From positions 32,001 through 96,000 of the IMG/VR virus record IMGVR_UViG_3300021426_000071: a DNA stretch of 64,000 nt; one strand, 5' to 3'. The DNA is from a virus (taxonomy: Duplodnaviria; Caudoviricetes). Below are positions 34,674 to 44,815 of the stretch, in pieces. Both the position numbers and the translations under genes were made by a program. Under the pieces are notes generated by a model. It saw only the letters and a list, made by a program, of their open reading frames with translations. It was not told the origin of the DNA and did no database searches. Each line of letters starts with the position of its first letter. Positions within the stretch are counted from its first letter, which is position 1.

Positions 34674-36191
34674 ATGAACAAGAAAGACTTTGTACAAATA
34701 GTCAAAACCCCCAGTGTGTTCAAGATTGATGATTCATTCACAGATGATCGCTTTATGAGAGTAAGAATAGCGGTCATGCATTCTGGGGAGAATCTAAACA
34801 AAAGTTCGTTTTCTACCAAAGTGATCAAGGATGCGAAGGACACATTTGCCAATATTCCCGTTCTTGCAAATGTTATTAAGTATACTGACGAGAATGGAGA
34901 TGAGCACTTTGATTACAACGGACACGATGCTCATATTGAGGAAGACGCTTTTAACGAAGGTGAGTACCGACTTATTTATGACGAGAAGGTTGTAGGTACT
35001 GTGCCAGAGTCAAATAATTTTGAGATTGTTCATGATGCGGAAACTGACAAGGATTATGCCTATGTAGATGCGTATATCTATAGAGAGTATGGCAACTATG
35101 CAGCTGATATTCTCGAAGAGAAGGGCGGTATTACGGATGTTAGCGCTGAGATATATACTGATGAAATATCATATGATGCTAATGCTCAAGTAATCGTTGT
35201 CAATAAAATGAGAATGGCTGGCATTACCCTTCTTGGCGATGACGTGAATCCGGCAATGAAAGGTGCGAACGCGTCTGTCTTCTCTCTTGAGGAGGAAGAT
35301 CAACAGTCGCAAATGATTAAAGTTATGAAGGAGCTTACAGATGCTCTGGATAAATATACCGCCGCTTTTGGCGAGAATCTGAAGAAAGGAGGAGAACCGA
35401 AGTTGAAATTCGAAGAGTTACTTGAAAAGTATGGGAAGACCGCCGATGAAATTGATTTCGAATATGACGGTCTGACAGATGAAGAACTTGAGTCGGCATT
35501 CGCTTCCGCATTTGAGGATTCAGATCCCGAAGGTGGCGAGCCTGATCCCGAAGAGGAGCAGGAAGAAGAGCAGAATTTTGCAACGATGTCAGTCAATATG
35601 AATGGCACAGTCCGCGAATTCAGCGTGTCTCTTCAGGACAAGATCTCTGCTCTGTATGAGCTTGTGAACAACACTTATGCCGATGAGGATGGCTGCTGGT
35701 ACGACGTCACGGTTTATGATGATGATAAATATGTCATAATGACGGACTGGTGGACAGGCAAGGGTTATAAACAATCTTATAAAGTTAAGAAGGATGTTTA
35801 TACTCTGGTCGGTGATCGAGTTGAGGTATTCTCAACTTGGCTGACACAAGATGAGATTAATAAGCTTGATAAGATGAAGTCTGATTATACAGTAATGTCT
35901 GAAAAGCTTACTCATTATGAGGAAGAGCCGCAGAAGCTTGAGATTCTTGGATCGGATGACTACTCTCTCATCGCAGAAAATGAAGATTTTATTGCGCTGT
36001 GCGATCAGGAGAATCACTTCAACATGTCAATTGAAGAGGTGACCGCAAAGGCTGACGCGATTCTGACCGCTGCCGCCAAGCAGCATAAATTCTCTGTAAC
36101 TGATCAGGAGAAGAAAGCGAGTGTTAAACCGCTGCCCGCTCCGAAGAAGAAAGCAAAAAGATTTGGCACTCTGTTTGATGGAATAATTTAA
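34674..36191 (+). CDS. prohead protease / scaffold fusion (YonD-like)
   Basis: HSGENLNKS, VSAEI, GITLLG..V.PAM; acidic C-terminal half; synteny. Confidence 0.75.
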   Translation: MNKKDFVQIVKTPSVFKIDDSFTDDRFMRVRIAVMHSGENLNKSSFSTKVIKDAKDTFANIPVLANVIKYTDENGDEHFDYNGHDAHIEEDAFNEGEYRLIYDEKVVGTVPESNNFEIVHDAETDKDYAYVDAYIYREYGNYAADILEEKGGITDVSAEIYTDEISYDANAQVIVVNKMRMAGITLLGDDVNPAMKGANASVFSLEEEDQQSQMIKVMKELTDALDKYTAAFGENLKKGGEPKLKFEELLEKYGKTADEIDFEYDGLTDEELESAFASAFEDSDPEGGEPDPEEEQEEEQNFATMSVNMNGTVREFSVSLQDKISALYELVNNTYADEDGCWYDVTVYDDDKYVIMTDWWTGKGYKQSYKVKKDVYTLVGDRVEVFSTWLTQDEINKLDKMKSDYTVMSEKLTHYEEEPQKLEILGSDDYSLIAENEDFIALCDQENHFNMSIEEVTAKADAILTAAAKQHKFSVTDQEKKASVKPLPAPKKKAKRFGTLFDGII

Positions 36192-36192
36192 G

Positions 36193-36882
36193 ATGAAATA
36201 TGCGGTTTATACAGGGACTCGTAATTTGTATTACAATATGATCCCAGCGGTTAAATCCATGCTGATTAATTCAGACGTGGATAAAATATATCTTCTGATT
36301 GAGGATGACAAATTTCTGGTTGATCTGCCAAAAGAGGTTGAGTGTATTAATGTGAGTAATCAGAAATACTTTAAACCCGATGGCCCAAATATGAAGTCGC
36401 CATTTTCTTATATGGCACTGATGCGAGCGGCTTTGCCAAAAGTATTCCCAGATCTTGATACTATTTTATCTCTTGATGTTGATACGATTGTTGATAAAGA
36501 TATTTCTGACATTTGGGATCTTCCTCTTGGCGATCAATATTATTTTGCCGCAACGCCTGAAGTAAAAAGGTCTGAAAATGGATTGGTTTATACTAATGCG
36601 GGAGTAACATTATTTAATCTAAAGAAGCTTCGAGATGACGGTAAAGTAGATGAAGTTATAGATGTGTTAAATACTGCATACTTTCGTTGGGTGGATCAGG
36701 ATGTATTAAATTATTTATGTCAGGGGCGGATTTATGAGATGCCCAGTGATTATAATGATACGCCGTATACTAAGAGACCTAATGCAATTAAGATCAAACA
36801 TTATGCGGGTATGAAAGAATATGGAGAAATGTCATATTTTAAAAAGTACCGCGCAATACCGTTTTCTGAAATCAGAAATTAA
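36193..36882 (+). CDS. glycosyltransferase family 8
   Basis: LSLDVDTIV (DxD), NAGVTLFNL, DQDVLN, YN, IKHYAG. Confidence 0.9.
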   Translation: MKYAVYTGTRNLYYNMIPAVKSMLINSDVDKIYLLIEDDKFLVDLPKEVECINVSNQKYFKPDGPNMKSPFSYMALMRAALPKVFPDLDTILSLDVDTIVDKDISDIWDLPLGDQYYFAATPEVKRSENGLVYTNAGVTLFNLKKLRDDGKVDEVIDVLNTAYFRWVDQDVLNYLCQGRIYEMPSDYNDTPYTKRPNAIKIKHYAGMKEYGEMSYFKKYRAIPFSEIRN

Positions 36883-36908
36883 TAATCAAAAGTTTAAATC
36901 AATTAATT

Positions 36909-36935
36909 GAGATCGCTTAGGCGATCTTATTTTTT
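36909..36935 (+). terminator. intrinsic terminator-like hairpin
   Basis: GAGATCGC-TTAG-GCGATCTT followed by a T tract. Confidence 0.7.
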
Positions 36936-36961
36936 ATTAAAAATTAGGAGGAAATTAAGCT

Positions 36962-37450
36962 ATGGCTTATATGCATATTAACTATAATGTCACGAAACAT
37001 GGCACTGGTTATCCTGCTAACGTCAATGCTCAGGAATATGGCGATCATATTCTTAACATTAAGCTTGCTTCAAATACCGACAACGGTATGCTTGTTGCTG
37101 CGGACGTGAGCAAGGTTTGGCCTGAATTTGATGTCTTTGATGAGGCTGCTGTTAATACGTTTGAAGGAATTGTAGAACAGCAGATGCCTGATGGTATGTG
37201 GCTTGTGTGCGTAACCGATCCCGGCGATGCACTTTTTGTTTATCAGAAGCCCCTTACTCCTTATGAGTCTCCGAGAGAACTTACAGAGGAAGATGCTTTC
37301 TATAACAAAGCAGGCGACATTGTTCGTTGCTATTGCCTTAAGAAATTCGACCGTATCGCTGTTTCTGAAGATAACTTCAACGGAACCCCTACAAAGGGTG
37401 CTACTATCAGTGGCGTCGAAGACAAAAAGATGACCGTAGGGTCTTATTAA
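36962..37450 (+). CDS. putative capsid decoration/cement protein
   Basis: DNGMLV motif; directly upstream of the major capsid gene; strong RBS. Confidence 0.65.
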   Translation: MAYMHINYNVTKHGTGYPANVNAQEYGDHILNIKLASNTDNGMLVAADVSKVWPEFDVFDEAAVNTFEGIVEQQMPDGMWLVCVTDPGDALFVYQKPLTPYESPRELTEEDAFYNKAGDIVRCYCLKKFDRIAVSEDNFNGTPTKGATISGVEDKKMTVGSY

Positions 37451-37477
37451 TTTCGAGGAAAGGAGGAGAGATAAATC

Positions 37478-38611
37478 ATGATTAAGAACTTTAGTACGAT
37501 GAATCTGCGCAACGTTTTTGCAGAGGATAATAAGTATGAGAATTTCAGACGTGTCGCTTCCAACCTCGTGCGTGGCATTGACACTTATGAACTTGATGAG
37601 AATGGCAACGAGAGACGCGTTTCTACTGCTGACGCCAACAAGGCGATCCGTAAGGTCTTTATGCAGATTTGCGGCCTGACGGAGGATGACCTTCGTTCGC
37701 AGAAGAAGCTTCGCAGAGCGCGTAGGGCGCATGAGACCGAGATCTTCGAGATCATCGAAGAGGATCTTGACTTTGTGATCAATGAGGGCTTTCAGGCCAA
37801 TGAGTGGTTCAATGCCTTCGCTGAGATGAAGTCCCACGCCCTTGGTGATGCGAATGTCTTCTATTCTGATGAGAGACAGTATCTTATTGTTGGGGATACT
37901 TCTGGCGATCATCATGATGTGACCATGCAGCAGCTTGGCAAGGGACAGGAGTTCTCTGTCCGCTGCACGAATCATGCTGTGAAGATTGGTAAGGATATTG
38001 ATCTTATCATTCTTGGTCGCTACGACTACAGCAAGATGGTCAACAAGGTTGCCGAGGCGTATGTGAAGGATATTCAGAATGGCATCTTTGCCGATGTTTA
38101 TGCGGCGTCCGCCAAGCTTCCGGCTTCCATGAAGGATACTGGTGCTCTTTCTGCTCAAACGAAGCAGGACTTCGACGATCTTATTGCGAACGTCGAGATG
38201 GTTAATGACTCTGCTGTTGTGATCATGGGCACGAAGAACGCTCTGAGAAAGATCACTGGTCTTGCTGATGTTGATTGGGCGACAAATGAGCAGAAGGCTT
38301 CTATTGTTGCTACTGGACGTCTTGGTGCTTATGAGGGAACGACTCTTATTGAGGTTCCTCAGAGGCTGAAGATTGGTGCGGATCTTAGTACGATTGACCA
38401 GAACGACATGCTTCTTCCGAATGACAAGCTTCTGATCATCCCCGTGCGTGATGATAAGTTTGTCAAGTTCTATGACGAGGGCGAGACCGAGATCTATGAG
38501 ATCACCGAGAAGGCTGCTCTTAAGGATGACTTCCAGACTTATGAGGTTCAGAGAGCCTATGGTCATGAGATCGTTCTTGGCCAGTATTTTGGCGAGTGGA
38601 CGCTTGAATAA
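37478..38611 (+). CDS. major capsid protein
   Basis: 377 aa; highly biased codon usage; HK97-like position (IMGTKNAL..I). Confidence 0.8.
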   Translation: MIKNFSTMNLRNVFAEDNKYENFRRVASNLVRGIDTYELDENGNERRVSTADANKAIRKVFMQICGLTEDDLRSQKKLRRARRAHETEIFEIIEEDLDFVINEGFQANEWFNAFAEMKSHALGDANVFYSDERQYLIVGDTSGDHHDVTMQQLGKGQEFSVRCTNHAVKIGKDIDLIILGRYDYSKMVNKVAEAYVKDIQNGIFADVYAASAKLPASMKDTGALSAQTKQDFDDLIANVEMVNDSAVVIMGTKNALRKITGLADVDWATNEQKASIVATGRLGAYEGTTLIEVPQRLKIGADLSTIDQNDMLLPNDKLLIIPVRDDKFVKFYDEGETEIYEITEKAALKDDFQTYEVQRAYGHEIVLGQYFGEWTLE

Positions 38612-38640
38612 TTTTTGTAGTAGGAATAAAGGAGAATAAA

Positions 38641-39186
38641 ATGGCGGCAAGAAAGACAATGGCTACTATTGAGCCAAAGACAAAGGAGGCGGCTCCTAAG
38701 AAGACGGAGGCCACTCCTGCGGTTAAAACCAAGAAGTTTAGCAACGAAGACCGCATTCCGTGTTTCTCCATCACATCCGGCAAATATCTGTTTGTCGGAG
38801 ATAAATCCGGCGATCTGTACCGCTGGCTGAATGATGGAGACGTAGTTGACGTGCGGTATGACGATCTTGTTGCCGCTGTAAGGACGAGAAAGCCCGCGGT
38901 GTTTAAGCCGCGTTTCATTATTAAAGACAAGGATTTCATTGCACAGTTTTCTCAGGTTAAGGATCTCTATGATTCTCTTTACAGCCTCGAGGATCTCAGA
39001 TCTATTCTGACCCTTCCGGCTGATAAGATGAAGACTGTCATTAATTCGCTTCCAGAAGGAGCGAAGGAGTCCCTGAGAGATATGGCAATGTCTGCCATTG
39101 ATAGTGGAAATCTTGATTCCGTGCAGCGGGTTCGTGTTCTTGATGAAATCTATGGCACGAATATGCTTCTGAAGCTGACTGATTAA
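38641..39186 (+). CDS. conserved head-region protein
   Basis: Synteny. Confidence 0.65.
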   Translation: MAARKTMATIEPKTKEAAPKKTEATPAVKTKKFSNEDRIPCFSITSGKYLFVGDKSGDLYRWLNDGDVVDVRYDDLVAAVRTRKPAVFKPRFIIKDKDFIAQFSQVKDLYDSLYSLEDLRSILTLPADKMKTVINSLPEGAKESLRDMAMSAIDSGNLDSVQRVRVLDEIYGTNMLLKLTD

Positions 39187-39202
39187 TATCAGGAGGTGAG
39201 TC

Positions 39203-39670
39203 ATGACCTCTATAGAATATGACGAAGTGTTTTCCAGATTCTATTCAAAAGTAGAAGCGTTTGATTTTTTATATGAAGAATTGCCAGAAGAGTTAATTGC
39301 GGAGTACATGTCCGAGTGGCTGCTCTCCGCAATCTCTTATCCATATATCAGAAAGCTGTTTACAACTGTCATTTTGGATAATGACGACGAAGAGATCCAA
39401 TTCGAGTTGAGATATGAGGTTGACGAATTTTCGGATACGCAATTTGTCACTGAGGTGCTGGCGTATGGGATGGTATATTCGTGGCTTGAACCTAAAGTAA
39501 AAAGCATCACGAATATTTACCAAAACTTTACAACCTCGGAACAGAAGTTTTACTCCCAAAGCGCCCACCTCTCGGAACTTCGCGCACTCGCATCTGATGC
39601 CGAGACGAGAATTCGCGGTCTCATCAGAGACAGAGGATATCTTTATAATACTTGGCTGGACGGTGAATAA
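39203..39670 (+). CDS. putative head-tail adaptor
   Basis: Synteny; YDEVFSRFY, YSQSAHL. Confidence 0.6.
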   Translation: MTSIEYDEVFSRFYSKVEAFDFLYEELPEELIAEYMSEWLLSAISYPYIRKLFTTVILDNDDEEIQFELRYEVDEFSDTQFVTEVLAYGMVYSWLEPKVKSITNIYQNFTTSEQKFYSQSAHLSELRALASDAETRIRGLIRDRGYLYNTWLDGE

Positions 39671-39672
39671 TA

Positions 39673-40011
39673 ATGATTTCCAAATATGGAGACTTCTCCG
39701 CCGAACAGCTTGCGGAATACCGCTCCAGACTTCATAGTAAATTATTCTGGCTTTTACTTTATAAAGATCCTGAGACCAAAGATGAGTTCCAGTATGTGGA
39801 TTATGATAAATATTTTTCCACGTTAATGAAGGAATTAAACGGACTCGGGGATCTACTCTTCCATCCAGACGGATTGGTTGAGATGCTTGCTGTCCTTGAG
39901 GCGGCATATAACGAATCTAAGGAAAACGATTTTAATTATAAGCTATATCGCAAATTCGTATTAGATGCACACACGATTCTTGATCGTATGAATTGGGAGG
40001 TGGCTGGATGA
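39673..40011 (+). CDS. hypothetical protein
   Basis: Coupled ORF. Confidence 0.65.
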   Translation: MISKYGDFSAEQLAEYRSRLHSKLFWLLLYKDPETKDEFQYVDYDKYFSTLMKELNGLGDLLFHPDGLVEMLAVLEAAYNESKENDFNYKLYRKFVLDAHTILDRMNWEVAG

Positions 40012-41276
40012 TTACACGAGAAAGCTATCTCTCCGCTCTTTCGTCAAAAGGGTCTCACCTTGGCGAGGTGCGGAAGAATCGTTCTGATATGATTATGAAT
40101 GCGACATTTACTGGCGATATTGGTTATCGCAAAGTATATATTCTTGACAAAGACGAGGGTTGGAAGTTTACTGACGCGAAATTCAGTAAGCACGCCGCAT
40201 CCTCAATTGTCAAGGACGCAGTGGATTCCTATCTTCAGTTTAGACCAAAAGAGCACTATCCTGTAGGAACATATGTATTTATCCCAGATGATACAAAATA
40301 TGATCTTACGGTTAGTCCAATCGTTCCAGAAGAAAAGGAAATTGATCCCGTGTGTCCGCCGGAAGAAGAAGATATTGTTTATGATATCAACGGCGCAGAT
40401 CCACTGTGTGATGATGCTAAGAATCTGTGGTTAATTGTCGGTAGGACAGATTCTAGACAGTTTGTGCAGTATCTTGTTTTGAGGTGTAACTGGAAATTTA
40501 GATGGGTAGAAGGTCATGGTGATCGCAAACGACTTCATAGTTGTTGGGGTGTTCATCGTATGGCCAATTCGTACACAAGCGGGTGGTGGAATGACTTTAG
40601 AGTGACTTCCTTAGATTCGCTGACCGCATTTTGGCTTCCTGATACATACTTTCTTTTTCAGGACGACATTAAGAAGTATAATCTACCAGATACAAGAACG
40701 GTAACCCATCAAATCCGCACCATGATTTCAATGAACGACTTATATCCGAGTTGTTATATTGTTTCTAAGATTTTAGATATAGAACCAATAGGTGTAATCA
40801 AACTGTCTCTTAAACTTGATCAATTCAACCCTAAACGAGATAGTATTGAATTAAAAGTCTGTGACTATTATAACGATACTGGTGATGTTATTGTTGATGA
40901 GCCAGTTGGCACAGGAGATCCCTGTTTAACCAGCGAGATTGTTAGTATGATGGTTAACACAGACGGCGAACTTGAACCTTCGAATATCCCAGATCATTCC
41001 TTAAGTATTGGGAAAACCTATTACTACTCTGCCACCTTCTCAGATGAGGGAATTACTGCACAGTGGCGTATCAAACTTGTAGATGATGATGAGCAGTATA
41101 CGGAAAAGGAACGACTTGAACTCGAAAGACTTATGGTTATTCGAGACGTAGATTCTACTACTATCTCACTCAGACCGGGCAAATCCAATCGGCTTAAAGG
41201 TCTGCATTTTACTCTCATTGTGTGCGACACCAATGGTGAGTATGAATCGACTTATGACGTGGAGGTGCCTGCATGA
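40008..41276 (+). CDS. putative head-closure/neck protein with a C-terminal beta-rich domain
   Basis: Synteny; WLIVG...YLVLRCNW. Confidence 0.55.
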   Translation: MITRESYLSALSSKGSHLGEVRKNRSDMIMNATFTGDIGYRKVYILDKDEGWKFTDAKFSKHAASSIVKDAVDSYLQFRPKEHYPVGTYVFIPDDTKYDLTVSPIVPEEKEIDPVCPPEEEDIVYDINGADPLCDDAKNLWLIVGRTDSRQFVQYLVLRCNWKFRWVEGHGDRKRLHSCWGVHRMANSYTSGWWNDFRVTSLDSLTAFWLPDTYFLFQDDIKKYNLPDTRTVTHQIRTMISMNDLYPSCYIVSKILDIEPIGVIKLSLKLDQFNPKRDSIELKVCDYYNDTGDVIVDEPVGTGDPCLTSEIVSMMVNTDGELEPSNIPDHSLSIGKTYYYSATFSDEGITAQWRIKLVDDDEQYTEKERLELERLMVIRDVDSTTISLRPGKSNRLKGLHFTLIVCDTNGEYESTYDVEVPA

Positions 41277-41881
41277 AAAGAGATATTTCGAATATTGATC
41301 GGGTTCTAGATGATGTTCGTAACAATGACATCATTTATAAGAAAGCGATTATTAAAAGGGTCTTCAATGAAGATCCTGATTTAAAAGATGTCCTTGGGCA
41401 ACTACATCCTCTTCCACTTAATAAATATGTAGACAAGGATAATCCGACAGAGGAAGAGTTAAAAGAGCGTACAAGAATTCTTGAGTATAATGAGAAAGTA
41501 TCTCATCCTCAAATTCTTTCGTTTTTAAAGGTTAACGATATTCAAACAGAAGTTTTAAATTTCATTATGTTTGATATCGGAGATGAACGACCGTCATATA
41601 CGAGCGATTTGATGAAAAATCAAGTTTTAACAGTGATGGTGCTTGTTCAAGAAGATGATATGGATACCGAATATGGAATTGATCGCGCAGATTTGCTTGG
41701 GTATATAATTAAGGATATATTGGGAAATAGTAATCTTACTGGATTACGGATGAAACCATATTCTGATGAACCGGGAATAACCGATACGGCATATTATTGC
41801 AGAACTCTTAAGTTTCTGATACATGCGCCCAATGCAAATAACTTCAGATCTGGGGTACAACGAAACTCTTATGAGTGGTAA
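41273..41881 (+). CDS. putative tail terminator
   Basis: Synteny; RADLLGYIIKDIL. Confidence 0.55.
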   Translation: MKRDISNIDRVLDDVRNNDIIYKKAIIKRVFNEDPDLKDVLGQLHPLPLNKYVDKDNPTEEELKERTRILEYNEKVSHPQILSFLKVNDIQTEVLNFIMFDIGDERPSYTSDLMKNQVLTVMVLVQEDDMDTEYGIDRADLLGYIIKDILGNSNLTGLRMKPYSDEPGITDTAYYCRTLKFLIHAPNANNFRSGVQRNSYEW

Positions 41882-42698
41882 AGTTGATGCTCTTAGATTA
41901 TATTTCGGAGATCCATATCCTATTACAGATAATATCAAAATTTATCAACCTAGTCTTCAGCAGATAATGGATTATGGAGAATCTGAATTTTTCTCCATGC
42001 TGTTCGTCTTTATTGGTAATACCACTTATCGAAAATTATTCCTGTGGGAAAACGGAATAGATTGGAATAAGGTTTCTGATTACGAATTATTTTGCAATCT
42101 TGTAAGAATGCTGCCACAAGATATGACCGAGATCCTATTTGGTGACATCGATTTTACAGGATTTAATTTGTATGTCATGGAAGATCCAAATCCTGAGCCG
42201 GAACCAGAACCGGGAGTGAAACTAAAGGTAATAGAAAAGAATAAGCGAGCGTTTCGCCTATTTGAGAGGACACACACCTTTATCAATGAAGATCAAGGAA
42301 TAGAGATAAATGCAGATACTTATCATATGATGCGCAGTGTTCTTCGCGAGATGGTGAAGTCTTATCCTAAAACTGAATATACCGCTAGTAAGATAACGAA
42401 AGAACTTCTTATTAAAGAAGAAAAGGATAAGATCGCAAAAGCGGCAAGAGAGCAGACAGATGCGGAAGACTCTACTCTCCTGCCGCTTATTTCATTCTGC
42501 GTAAATCATCCCGGCTTCAAGTATAAGAAGTCGGAACTTAAAGAAGTTCAAATTAATGAGTTTATGGATAGTGTACAGAGGTTACAGATCTATGAGTCTA
42601 CCCACGCCCTTATTGGCGGCATGTATAGCGGAATGATTGATACCTCTAAGATTCCTAACTCAAGTTTTGATTTTATGAGACCTATTAAACAAAAATAA
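41871..42698 (+). CDS. conserved tail-region protein
   Basis: Synteny; LLPLISFCVNHPGFKY. Confidence 0.6.
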   Translation: MSGKVDALRLYFGDPYPITDNIKIYQPSLQQIMDYGESEFFSMLFVFIGNTTYRKLFLWENGIDWNKVSDYELFCNLVRMLPQDMTEILFGDIDFTGFNLYVMEDPNPEPEPEPGVKLKVIEKNKRAFRLFERTHTFINEDQGIEINADTYHMMRSVLREMVKSYPKTEYTASKITKELLIKEEKDKIAKAAREQTDAEDSTLLPLISFCVNHPGFKYKKSELKEVQINEFMDSVQRLQIYESTHALIGGMYSGMIDTSKIPNSSFDFMRPIKQK

Positions 42699-42715
42699 TT
42701 TAGGAGGAAAAAATA

Positions 42716-43830
42716 ATGGCTTTTAAGCTTGGCGATCTTGTTATTGATAGAATCGTTGATGGTGTTGCTGAGAAGAACGACGGCACACTGCTTTATATCC
42801 TGACTAACCTTCAGGAGGCTACTATTGACATTACTGCCGATTCTGTTGATGCTGTTGACGGAACGGGTACGATCATTAAGACGTTTTATCGTGGCAAGCA
42901 AGGTCAAGATTATAATGTGAAAATTGCGTAATTATAATCAGGCCGTCTATGATGAATCCACTATGTAGATCATAGATTATGAGTGATGAAAGAAACTGGA
43001 AAACCCTTTGCATGGGTAATCAGAGCGGAAGTTACTACGTAATAGTAGTAACACGCGCAACGCATAGGAAATGAAACTTATATTGAGATATATAAGAATA
43101 TAATTTTCCCACGAGTCATCACTACCGGGTGGAATAAGGCGCAGAGCCTTATGGTAAATAGATATGCTGGACTATATTGTAATGATATAGAGGTATGGAT
43201 AAAAAGCCATACGATAACAAATCGGAATTTACTGCCACGAACTCCACCATCTCTCTGCCGATCATCGGCGCGATGAGTGGAACTGATACAGTTGAGGCTA
43301 AGGCTGATGCTGCTCTGACGATCCCGAGAATTATTACGACTGGCAAGAAGAGTGGTATTACTCTTCCGGGTATCAAAGATAATGGTGCTAGTTCTCAGAT
43401 TAAGGTGAATGGCGTTGCGTCTAATGGAACGCTTGGTGACGAGATCACTTCTGAGAATTATACAATCTCTGTTGTTTCCGGCAAGGATAGCACGATGGAG
43501 ATTACGTCTAATGATTATGACCATTTCATCATCAAGTACAACAGAAATGTTACACAGAACGCGATTAAGATTGTCAACCGTTCTGATGCGTTCCCGAAGA
43601 CGGTGAAGCTTACGCTTAAGGTGCTTATTGTCGATCCTTGCGAAGCCGACACGATCCGCGCTGCGTATGTTGTTTTCCCGTCCTTCCAGCCGTCTCCCGA
43701 GCTGTCGATCAGCTTCTCCACTGATGCTACGATTGACTTCACGGGTCGTCTTCAGACCTCGTACTGCGGCACAGAGAAGGTGCTTTATGAGATCTATGTT
43801 TGCAGTGACGACGAAGAGGAAACTGCTTAA
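42716..43830 (+). CDS. tail tube (major tail) protein, spliced join(42716..42904,43225..43830), ~264 aa
   Basis: Removing the intron fuses ...TFYRGKQG|EFTATNST... in frame; strong RBS; position in the tail module. Confidence 0.8.
42905..43224 (+). mobile_element. group I intron (320 nt, no ORF) in the tail tube gene
   Basis: Exon ends in U; intron ends in G; P3 AGTGATGA/TCATCACT; P4-like CTGGAAAACCC..GGGTAATCAG; P7 GCATA/TATGC. Confidence 0.88.
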
Positions 43831-43894
43831 TAATATTTAAAATTGTAAAGGGAGGGCCGAGTTGCCCTCTCTTTGATATTACTAAGGAGATAAT

Positions 43895-44215
43895 ATGAGC
43901 GATACAAGACAGTGTGTTATCTGTCAAACTGAGTACGACTATTGTCCCGGGTGTCCAAGATATAGTCATCTGCCGAGTTGGATGTTTATGTTTCACAACG
44001 AGAACTGTAAAAACATCTGGGGCGTGATTAATGGTTATAGGGCAGGAACAATTGATGCCAAAAAAGCTAAACAAGAGCTTTCAAAGCTTGATCTCTCCAA
44101 GAGAGACACGTTTAAACCATTTTATCAGGACATGATTAAGAAAATCTGCTCAGAGGCAGAACCAAAGAAAACAGAAGAGGCGGTAAAAATGAAGCCGCAC
44201 TTTAATAAAAAGTAA
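43895..44215 (+). CDS. Cys-rich hypothetical protein
   Basis: CVIC...YCPGC...C. Confidence 0.7.
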   Translation: MSDTRQCVICQTEYDYCPGCPRYSHLPSWMFMFHNENCKNIWGVINGYRAGTIDAKKAKQELSKLDLSKRDTFKPFYQDMIKKICSEAEPKKTEEAVKMKPHFNKK

Positions 44216-44274
44216 TAGTGAACCAAAAGGGGGTATGAACCGTTCACTATCGAATAATTCATACCCCCTTTTTT
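44215..44274 (+). terminator. terminator hairpin with competing or pseudoknot pairing
   Basis: GGGGGTATGAA/TTCATACCCCC plus T tract; upstream ATAGTGAAC is complementary to loop GTTCACTAT. Confidence 0.7.
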
Positions 44275-44295
44275 ATTTTAAGGAGTAAACAGAGT

Positions 44296-44526
44296 ATGAA
44301 AGAAACAGTCAGAAGCCAGACGACTGGCAAAGAGTATGCTCCGTCTGATGTTGTAAGAATTGTAAACCAGCTTCAGGCCGCAACCTATATGGCGCACGGA
44401 GCAGAGTTGCTCGACGTGTATAGCAGTCGAGATTATAAAACCCATCGTCCCACGATGGTATACATCTTTAATCGTGCTGCTACTACCCCACTCTATGATG
44501 CATGGTGCAACCATATTCTGACATGA
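44296..44526 (+). CDS. small conserved phage protein
   Basis: AAGGAG RBS. Confidence 0.7.
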   Translation: MKETVRSQTTGKEYAPSDVVRIVNQLQAATYMAHGAELLDVYSSRDYKTHRPTMVYIFNRAATTPLYDAWCNHILT

Positions 44527-44539
44527 GGGAGGTAGAGAA

Positions 44540-44815
44540 ATGAACGAAACTTCTTATGAGACAAGATTTATCTGCCGGACTGCAATTGGAAAGCCGCTTT
44601 ATATCGTGGCTGAAAATAAAGCCATTAATGGTCACGGCGGGACGGTATCGTCTTATCGGCTGAGCGATAATTTTGCAGATGCATCGAAGTGCATGAATAA
44701 AGTTACGGCGCGGACTTTGATTAAGGATTATCTTCAGTCAACCAATTCAACTAAAACCTTCGACATTTATGCCGTAGGAGTAACCGTAAAGCTGGGGGAA
44801 AAGATTAATGAGTGA
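44540..44815 (+). CDS. hypothetical protein
   Basis: GGAGGT RBS. Confidence 0.65.
   Translation: MNETSYETRFICRTAIGKPLYIVAENKAINGHGGTVSSYRLSDNFADASKCMNKVTARTLIKDYLQSTNSTKTFDIYAVGVTVKLGEKINE

Noticed and set aside
37070-38659. 529-aa minus-strand ORF over the capsid genes
   Set aside because: Antisense shadow of strongly biased, highly expressed genes
43195-43224. ATG 43195 (and likewise ATG 54081) as real gene starts
   Set aside because: They lie inside the 3' ends of the introns
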